A DNA stretch of 29,955 nucleotides from Candidatus Methylomirabilia bacterium. GTDB taxonomy: Bacteria; Methylomirabilota; Methylomirabilia; Rokubacteriales; CSP1-6. Where the stretch lies: assembly GCA_041492755.1 (NCBI GenBank), contig JBGPXN010000046.1:1-29955 (forward strand), given 5' to 3'. The notes under the pieces are model-generated. The model saw only the letters and a list, made by a program, of their open reading frames with translations. It did not search any database and was not told the DNA's origin. Each line of letters starts with the position of its first letter. The first letter of the stretch is position 1. Positions 23,442 through 29,955 of the stretch are shown here, piece by piece. Position numbers and translations under genes: made by a program.

Positions 23442-26234
23442 TCAGCTCCGCTCGCCGCTCGCGGCGCTGATCGCGGCGCGGGCGGCGTCGCGGAGCCTGA
23501 CCATCTCTCGCCAGCCCTCGCCGGCTGCGCGCAGCGGCGGCGCGACGGCCACCGTGATCCTGCCGGGGCGTGGCCGCCACGTGTCGCCGGGCAGCACCTG
23601 CCGCGTCCCGCGGATCCCCACCGGGACGACGGGACAGCCGGTCTCGACGGCCGCCTTGAACGCGCCCAGGCGGAACGGCAGCAGCCCCGGCCGGTCCACG
23701 AACGTGCCTTCCGGGAACACGCACACCGATACGCCGCTCTCGAGCGTGGCGGCCACTTGCTTGGCGTCGACGACGCTGCGCGCGAAGTCGGCACGCTCGA
23801 CGGCGAGGTGGCCGACCTTGCGCAGGATGGTGCCCACGATCGGCGTGGTCAGGAGCTCGCGCTTCGCCAGGAAGCGCAGATCGATCGGCAGCGCGGCGAG
23901 AAGAGCGACCACGTCGAGGTAGCTCGAATGATTCGGGACCAGGATCGCGGGGCCAGCGGGCAGATGCTCGAGCCCGTGCACCGCGGGGCCGTAGCCGGCC
24001 AGGCGCAGGACCGTCTTGCACCATCGCCGGACCACGGCGTCGGTTCTCCGACCCCGGGGGGCGAGCACGATCGCGATCCAGAGTGGCGGGACCGTCACGC
24101 CGAGCAGCAGGCCGGTCCAGACGAGGAAAACTCCGGCCCACACGGCGTGGCCCGCCGCGGCCACGACGAGCCGCGCATCGCCCGCGCGCAGCCGCGCCCA
24201 TTGACGCCACGGCGAGCGCTGGTGCCGGGCGAGCGTCCCCGCCAGGTAGGCGCTCTTGGTGGCGCTGCGTCGCACCTTGCCGCTCGACGTCTTCAGTACC
24301 ACGCCGGGCGGCGCGACGACGACGGTATCCGGTGGCAGCCCGAGCGCGTCGACGATGCGCTCGACCACCGCGGCGCGCAGACGTTCGCGGACCGCGGGCT
24401 CCGTGGCGCGTGACTCCGCAATCACCACGAGCCGTTCGGTGCCGAGGGCGGGATCGGCGACGCCGAACGCGGCCACGCAGCCACGCCGGATGCCCGGTAC
24501 GCCGCCCACGACGTCCTCGATCTCCTGCGGATACAGGTTGCGGCCGGCCTTGATGATGAGGTCCTTGCTCCGGCCGGTGACGAACAGCTCGCCGTCCGCC
24601 CAGTAGCCGAGGTCGCCGGAGTCCATCCAGCCGGCGCGCACCGCCGCGTGCGTGAGCTCGGGCTTCCGGTGGTACCCCGCCGTCACGGACGGGCCGCGGA
24701 ATTCGATGCGTCCTTCCGTCCGCTCGGCAAGGACTCGTCCCGCGGCGTCGACGATTCGGACGTCGTGGCCCGGCAACGGCCTGCCGCACGAGACGAACCT
24801 CAACGGCATCGGCGCGTCCTTCGGGGCGCTGGGGGCCTGCCGGCGCCGCTCGAACGCGTCGCGGTCGACGGTGTCGATGCGCGGCCCGCGCCCCGGCGGC
24901 GGCGTCGTCAAGCCGACCGAGGCTTCAGCCAGGCCATAGACGGGCGCCATCGCCTGCGGCCGGAAGCCCCAGCGCGCGAACCGGCGGGTGAAGCGCTCGA
25001 TGGAGTCGGCGCTCACCGGCTCGGAGCCGTTCAGGGCCAGCCGCCACGCGGCGAGATCGACGCCCGCCATCTCGTCGTCCGTCACGCGCTTGACGCAGAG
25101 ATCGAAGGCGAAGTTCGGCGCGGGCGACAGCGTGCCGCGGTGGGCGGCGAGGGTCGTGAGCCACCGCGCGGGCCGGCCGAGGAAGGCGAGTGGCGAGAGC
25201 AGCACCACGGGGATGCCGTGGTAGAGCGAGCCGAGCCAGGCGCCGATCAGGCCCATGTCGTGATAGAGCGGCAACCAGCTCACGCACACGTCGTCGGGAC
25301 CGATGGCGAGCGCCTCGCCGAGGGCCCGGACGTTCGCGAGCAAGTTGGCGTGCGTCAGCACGACGCCCTTCGGATCGCCCGTGCTCCCCGAGGTGTACTG
25401 GATGAGCGCCACGAGATCGGCATCGGTCGGTGGTGCCGGCGGCGGCGCGGCGACGGCCATCAGCGTGTCCGCGGGGACGACGGCTTCGAGGCTCGGCACG
25501 CGCCGCCGTAGCAGCCGCGCCACGCCGGCCGCTTCGCGAAACGTCACGAGCAGCCGCGCCTCGGCGTTGCGCAGGATGCCGGCCTGGCGGCTCGCGTATT
25601 CCTCCAGACGCGACGCGCGGAACGGCGGATAGATCGGCACGGGCACCGCGCCCGCCAGCAAGATCCCGAAGAAGACGGCGAAGAAGGCCGGCTCGGTGCG
25701 GAGCATGATGGCGACGGTGTCGCCCGCCCGGATGTGCCGCGCGTGCAGCGCGGCGGCCACGGCGGCGGCGCGCGCCCACAGCACGCCGTACGTGATCGGC
25801 TCCTCGCTGCCGTCGTCATGGCGCAGCACGATGTGCACGCGCTCGGAGGCCCGCTCGGCGTGCCAGCCGAGCGCCTCGGTGAGCGTGCGGGCGGCGAGGG
25901 AAACGACGCCGCTACCGGCGGGCACGACCACCGATGGATGTGGCCGCTCGGTGACCGGAGAGGCGGCCATGACCGCATCGACCAGGTCATGGCAGCGCTC
26001 CGCCTCGGCAACGACGGCGTCGCCGACGCGCACCGCGAAGACTTGCTCGAGTCGCAGCGCCAGCTCGACGCGTTCCAGGCTCCCGAAGCCGAGATCCCGG
26101 TCCAGCGCATCACCCGGCGCGGCGGCGCCGCGCGCCGGTAGCGTTCCAAGCTCGCCCGCGAGCCGGCTGACCACGTCCAGCACGCGACGCTCGATCGCCT
26201 CGCGTTCGGTGGCGCGGGCGACGGCTGTGGTCAC
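23442..26234 (-). CDS. acyl carrier domain - fatty acyl-AMP ligase - PlsC-type acyltransferase fusion
   Basis: ACP-like DLGFGSLERVEL; YTSGSTGDPKG, WLPLYHDMGLIG, YGLAEA, SGDLG and KTSSGK; acyltransferase NHSSYLD and FPEGT. Confidence 0.92.
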   Translation of the reverse strand: MTTAVARATEREAIERRVLDVVSRLAGELGTLPARGAAAPGDALDRDLGFGSLERVELALRLEQVFAVRVGDAVVAEAERCHDLVDAVMAASPVTERPHPSVVVPAGSGVVSLAARTLTEALGWHAERASERVHIVLRHDDGSEEPITYGVLWARAAAVAAALHARHIRAGDTVAIMLRTEPAFFAVFFGILLAGAVPVPIYPPFRASRLEEYASRQAGILRNAEARLLVTFREAAGVARLLRRRVPSLEAVVPADTLMAVAAPPPAPPTDADLVALIQYTSGSTGDPKGVVLTHANLLANVRALGEALAIGPDDVCVSWLPLYHDMGLIGAWLGSLYHGIPVVLLSPLAFLGRPARWLTTLAAHRGTLSPAPNFAFDLCVKRVTDDEMAGVDLAAWRLALNGSEPVSADSIERFTRRFARWGFRPQAMAPVYGLAEASVGLTTPPPGRGPRIDTVDRDAFERRRQAPSAPKDAPMPLRFVSCGRPLPGHDVRIVDAAGRVLAERTEGRIEFRGPSVTAGYHRKPELTHAAVRAGWMDSGDLGYWADGELFVTGRSKDLIIKAGRNLYPQEIEDVVGGVPGIRRGCVAAFGVADPALGTERLVVIAESRATEPAVRERLRAAVVERIVDALGLPPDTVVVAPPGVVLKTSSGKVRRSATKSAYLAGTLARHQRSPWRQWARLRAGDARLVVAAAGHAVWAGVFLVWTGLLLGVTVPPLWIAIVLAPRGRRTDAVVRRWCKTVLRLAGYGPAVHGLEHLPAGPAILVPNHSSYLDVVALLAALPIDLRFLAKRELLTTPIVGTILRKVGHLAVERADFARSVVDAKQVAATLESGVSVCVFPEGTFVDRPGLLPFRLGAFKAAVETGCPVVPVGIRGTRQVLPGDTWRPRPGRITVAVAPPLRAAGEGWREMVRLRDAARAAISAASGERS

Positions 26235-26289
26235 GGCGACCCTCGCGCGTCAGGCGGCGCCGTGGGGGCGCCGGGGGTTCGACGTCGCG

Positions 26290-27465
26290 TCACCGCGACG
26301 GATATCGCAGGAGGGCCGCGACGCCGCCGGCGCGTTCGAGGTGCGCGTGCGCGGTGACGCTCTCGACCTCGCCGCCGGTCGCGATGGCCCGGTGGACCAT
26401 GGCCTCGCCGAGCTCGACGGGAGCGGTGGCCTTGCCGCACCAGCGGCACGGGCCGGTGGTGGGGCGCTGGAGCGCGCCGCATTCCGAGCAGACGGCGCCC
26501 GCCTCGTCGAACGTCGTGAGCAGATAGAGCCGGGCGACCGTTCCCCGGTTGACCGCCTCCACCGTCGCGTCGACGCCCTCCGCGGCTCGCCCGCCGCCTT
26601 CGGCCGTGACCATCACGTCGTCGAGCGTCGCCCCCTGTGCGCTCGCCGTTGCGTGCTGGACCAGATCGCGCGCCCGGCTCGCGAGGACGCTGGACGGCTC
26701 GTGATGCGCGCCCGCGACGTGGCCGACGATGCGGGCGTCGAGCGCGGGCGTCACGTGTTGCCTGAACACCGCCACGTTGCGGGCCTCACCGGCGAGGACG
26801 ATGTCCCGCACGCCATAGTGCTCCACCATCTCGCCCAGCGTCGCCGCCACGGCGTCGAAGTGCCGGGCGCGATGCACCTGGATGTGCCGCTGGTAGCGGG
26901 ACTGCAGCAGCAGACTCCACCCCCCGCGACGGTGATGGCCGACCACGTCGGGGGTCTCGAGCGCCACGTCGTCGCCGCTGCCTTGCTCGGTCAGCGCGAC
27001 GAGCCGCGCGCGCTCACCGTCGACGAAGAGCACGACGGCGCGCGGCACCGCGGTCAGGGCCTCGATCATCGGTCTCAGACAGGGCGTGTCCCCGACGATG
27101 AAGCGGTCGGTGAACGGCACGGCGCACGGCATCGTTTCGCGCAGGCCGGCAGCTCCGCCCGCGAACAGGGCCACCCCGTGGGCGTCCGGGTGGATCTCCT
27201 GGCGGACGAGGCGCTCGCCCTGCCGCGTGACCCAGGCGAGGTCCGCGTCCAGCGAGCCGGCAGCCATCGCCGCCGCCTTGCGACGCTCGTTTTCGAGGAA
27301 CACCCGGACGCGGTCTCGCTGGTGTTCGTCGGTCCAGCGCGTGTCGAGATAGACGCTGATCACGGGCTGCCGCGCCGGCGCCAGTCGCGCGAGTTCCGTT
27401 AGCTTGGCGATCACGTCGTTTGCCGTCGTCGGCGCCGCCGGCCGGCCGCTGTCCGAAGTGCTCAC
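26290..27465 (-). CDS. aeRF1-like bacterial release-factor homolog (baeRF-type) with zinc ribbon
   Basis: GAGGAGG plus GTG 27465; VISVYLD, GVALFA, GGWS..QSRYQRH, IVLAG, CSEC..CRWC and C-terminal GGVAALLRY. Confidence 0.85.
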   Translation of the reverse strand: MSTSDSGRPAAPTTANDVIAKLTELARLAPARQPVISVYLDTRWTDEHQRDRVRVFLENERRKAAAMAAGSLDADLAWVTRQGERLVRQEIHPDAHGVALFAGGAAGLRETMPCAVPFTDRFIVGDTPCLRPMIEALTAVPRAVVLFVDGERARLVALTEQGSGDDVALETPDVVGHHRRGGWSLLLQSRYQRHIQVHRARHFDAVAATLGEMVEHYGVRDIVLAGEARNVAVFRQHVTPALDARIVGHVAGAHHEPSSVLASRARDLVQHATASAQGATLDDVMVTAEGGGRAAEGVDATVEAVNRGTVARLYLLTTFDEAGAVCSECGALQRPTTGPCRWCGKATAPVELGEAMVHRAIATGGEVESVTAHAHLERAGGVAALLRYPSR

Positions 27466-27527
27466 GGTGGTCCTCCTCTGGCGCACGGACCGACACGGGC
27501 CGAGTCCACGCTGCCTGCCGAGGACAT

Positions 27528-27543
27528 AGCAAGCGGGAGACCG
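27528..27543 (-). promoter_or_regulatory. sigma54 promoter (baeRF-FAAL unit), weaker -24 box
   Basis: CGGTCTCCCGCTTGCT on the minus strand. Confidence 0.55.
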
Positions 27544-27648
27544 ATGTTGCCCTCGGGCCGGCCCCTGCGCGATACCGCGCAATCCCGCGGGGTTGCGCGC
27601 TTCGGCCGAGGCCGGCAGCGCCGGGCCGCCGGGGCCGCCGCGCACCAG

Positions 27649-27668
27649 GTGAGGCCGCGGTGCCCCAG
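27649..27668. promoter_or_regulatory. putative UAS palindrome
   Basis: GTGAGGC-CGCGGT-GCCCCAG. Confidence 0.55.
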
Positions 27669-27729
27669 CCGCCCGTGGTGGAATCGCGCATGAGGACGTC
27701 GTCCAAGGGCGCGGACTCCGCGGACACGA

Positions 27730-27770
27730 CTGGGGTAGGCGTGTCGCACGTGGGGCGGTGCTGACGCCAC
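27730..27770. promoter_or_regulatory. tandem putative UAS palindromes
   Basis: CTGGGGT-AGGCGT-GTCGCAC followed by GTGGGGC-GGTGCT-GACGCCAC. Confidence 0.45.
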
Positions 27771-27865
27771 GAATCGTCTCGTCGGCGCATACGCCTGCCC
27801 CGCCCCACTGCCGATGGCGTGCGTCTCGCGGAACGACTCACGCCGCTCGATCGGTACGCCCGGCG

Positions 27866-27881
27866 TGGCACCGTCGATGCA
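27866..27881 (+). promoter_or_regulatory. sigma54 promoter (acyl-CoA ligase)
   Basis: TGGCACCGTCGATGCA. Confidence 0.78.
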
Positions 27882-27972
27882 CGCTGGCGACCAGGTCGCC
27901 GGTGCGTATCTCCGCGGGCGGCATGAAAGGAGCACGATCACGATCGCGCGGGAGAGCGTCCAGCCACGATCG

Positions 27973-29814
27973 GTGCAAGCCCGTGTGCGGGGCGCCGTCG
28001 CCGACGCTTCCACGCTGCCCGGCATATTGTGGGCGCGCGTCGCCGCCACGCCGGAGCAGCGGGCGCAGCTCGTCAAGCGGGGCGGGATCTGGCGGACCCT
28101 CACGTGGACCGACGTGGGCGTCGCGGTACGCGCGGCGGGGGCTGGCCTCATCGCGCTCGGACGCCGGCCCGGCGAGGCCGTCGGCATTCTCGCCCGCACC
28201 CGCGCGGAGTGGGTGCAGGCGGATTTCGCCATCCTGTCCGCGGGGCTCGTGACGGTGCCCGTCTACACGAGCGCGACGGCGGCGCAGATCGCGTATGTCC
28301 TGGCCGATGCCGAGGTGCGCACGCTGTTCGTCGACGATGCCGAGCTCGCGGCGGTGGTCGCCACGGTGCGGCCACGGCTGCCGCGTCTCGAGCAGGTGAT
28401 CACCTTCGACGGCGAGGAACCGGCGAGCTGGGCGGACCTGTGCGCGCGGGGCCGCGCCGCAGGCGCTTCTGGCGAGCGCGCCCTCAGCGAGCGGCTCGCC
28501 GCCGTGCGACCGGGCGACGTCGCGACGATCGTGTATACGTCCGGCACCACCGGTAAGCCCAAGGGCGTGGTCCAGACGCACGCCAACCACACCGCCATGC
28601 TGGCCGCGTTGGCGACGATGCCCGGCGTCGAGCCGGGCGACACGCACCTCATGTTCCTGCCCCTCGCGCATGCGTTCGCGCGCGTGGGGGCCTTCATCGG
28701 GGTCCACCGGGGGCTCGTGACGGCCTTCGCGGAGAGCGTCGATCATCTCGCCGCGAACCTGCGCGAAGTGAGGCCACACTTGATCTTCGGCGTCCCGCGC
28801 GTGTTCGAGAAAGCGCACGCGCGGATGACGGCGGCGGTGTCCGAGCGGCCGCGCGCCGCGCAGCGGCTGTTCGCGTGGGCCCTGCGCATCGGAATGGAGG
28901 TGACCGCGCGCCGCGGCGATGCCGTCCGGCTGCCGCTGCGGCTGCGTCTCGCGCACGCGGCCGCCGATGCGGCGGTGTTCGGGACGCTGCGCGCGGCGTT
29001 CGGTGGGCGGCTGCGCCTGGCCGTGTCGGGCGGCGCGCCGCTGGCGCCCGAGACGGCGCGTTTCTTCCACGCGATCGGCATTCCGGTCCTGGAGGGCTAC
29101 GGCCTGACCGAGGCGTGCCCGGTGTTGACCTTCAACCGGCTCGACGCGTGGCGGCTCGGCTCGGTGGGCCGGCCGGTTCCGGGTATCGAGGTGCGCATCG
29201 CGGCCGACGGCGAGATCCTCGCGCGCGGCGCCAGCATCGCCCGGGGCTACCTGCGCAAGCCGCAGGCCACGGCGGAGACGTTCGACGCCGACGGCTGGCT
29301 GCACACCGGCGACGTCGGGCGCATCGACGCGGCCGGCTTCGTCTACATCACGGAGCGGAAGAAGGACCTCATCGTCACCGCGGGTGGCGAGAACGTCGCG
29401 CCGCAGCTCGTCGAGCGTGCGCTCAGAAGCGACGCGATCGTCAGTGAGGCCGTCGTCTACGGTGACCGCCGCCCGTACCTGGTGGCGCTGCTTGCGCTCG
29501 ATGCGCAGGAGGCGGCGCGCGTCGCCGTCGCGCAGGGCGTCCAGGACCTCGCGCCGGCGACCCTCGCGCGTCATCCGTTTGTGCTCGATCGCGTGCGATC
29601 GGCGATCGACCGCGCGAACGCGACGCTGCCCCCCTTCGCCCGCATCCGACGGTTCGTCGTGGTGCCCGGCCCGCTCACCGAGGCCGCGGGCGAGCTGACG
29701 CCGACCCAGAAGGTGCGGCGCGCCGTGGTCGCGGCCAGGTACGCCGATCTGCTGCAGTCCTTGTACACGCCGACGCCGAACGCGACCGCCGGCCGCGCGG
29801 CCCGCGGCGGATGA
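27973..29814 (+). CDS. long-chain fatty acid-CoA ligase (FadD15/FAA1-like); start uncertain
   Basis: YTSGTTGKPKG, FLPLAH, VPRVFEK, EGYGLTE, DGWLHTGDVG, RKKDLIVTAGG and LTPTQKVRR. Confidence 0.93.
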   Translation: MQARVRGAVADASTLPGILWARVAATPEQRAQLVKRGGIWRTLTWTDVGVAVRAAGAGLIALGRRPGEAVGILARTRAEWVQADFAILSAGLVTVPVYTSATAAQIAYVLADAEVRTLFVDDAELAAVVATVRPRLPRLEQVITFDGEEPASWADLCARGRAAGASGERALSERLAAVRPGDVATIVYTSGTTGKPKGVVQTHANHTAMLAALATMPGVEPGDTHLMFLPLAHAFARVGAFIGVHRGLVTAFAESVDHLAANLREVRPHLIFGVPRVFEKAHARMTAAVSERPRAAQRLFAWALRIGMEVTARRGDAVRLPLRLRLAHAAADAAVFGTLRAAFGGRLRLAVSGGAPLAPETARFFHAIGIPVLEGYGLTEACPVLTFNRLDAWRLGSVGRPVPGIEVRIAADGEILARGASIARGYLRKPQATAETFDADGWLHTGDVGRIDAAGFVYITERKKDLIVTAGGENVAPQLVERALRSDAIVSEAVVYGDRRPYLVALLALDAQEAARVAVAQGVQDLAPATLARHPFVLDRVRSAIDRANATLPPFARIRRFVVVPGPLTEAAGELTPTQKVRRAVVAARYADLLQSLYTPTPNATAGRAARGG

Positions 29815-29836
29815 CTTCGACGGGGTCGAAGTCATC
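29810..29836. terminator. perfect 12-bp inverted repeat over the acyl-CoA ligase stop codon
   Basis: GATGACTTCGAC-GGG-GTCGAAGTCATC; no clear U-tract. Confidence 0.45.
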
Positions 29837-29955
29837 GAAATCTTGCCGATGCTGGTTGGTCCGGTCGTTGCTGATCACCGAGAGCAATCGGTGGAAGGAG
29901 TCAGGGATGCGGCACACGCCGGGCGATCCTGGACAATATCCGGTACACGAGACCG

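Noticed and set aside
193..29835. Many long overlapping ORFs in the track (e.g. 193..2004-, 225..1940+, 4164..5918+, 11919..14609+, 15168..16868-, 20570..21997-, 25696..27402+, 27838..29835-)
   Set aside because: Arg/Ala/Pro-rich shadow frames of well-supported genes, expected in very high-GC DNA; no recognisable motifs.
1..29955. Mobile element or prophage origin of the cluster
   Set aside because: No integrase, transposase, phage gene, tRNA or terminal repeats seen; composition looks uniform apart from the last 140 bp.

Overview
Very GC-rich bacterial DNA with no tRNA, rRNA, CRISPR array or transposase. A REP-like element and the gene style suggest Candidatus Rokubacteria/Methylomirabilota, but this is inference. 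The window is a dense stress/dormancy gene cluster. It encodes a partial HPF/RaiA-like protein, a P2C-like P-type ATPase with a PTS EIIA-like N-terminus, three paralogous CBS-pair proteins, a HAD/P-loop fusion, an orphan groEL, a formate/nitrite channel, a RimJ/L-type GNAT and a PAS-PAS-GAF histidine kinase. It also encodes a split MacAB-type exporter, a DksA/TraR protein, two universal stress proteins, archease plus RtcB, an ACP-FAAL-acyltransferase fusion, an aeRF1-like (baeRF) protein, a long-chain acyl-CoA ligase and several small Cys/His-rich proteins. The strongest signal is non-coding. Every inferred transcription unit starts with a sigma54-type -24/-12 element (13 found, 10 in divergent pairs). 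Each of the eight promoter regions carries a shared 20-bp palindrome STGRGGC-N6-GCCYCAS (one region only as half-sites), and several have an IHF-like element. The gene set parallels the mycobacterial DosR dormancy regulon but appears wired to sigma54 and an enhancer-binding activator not encoded in this window.
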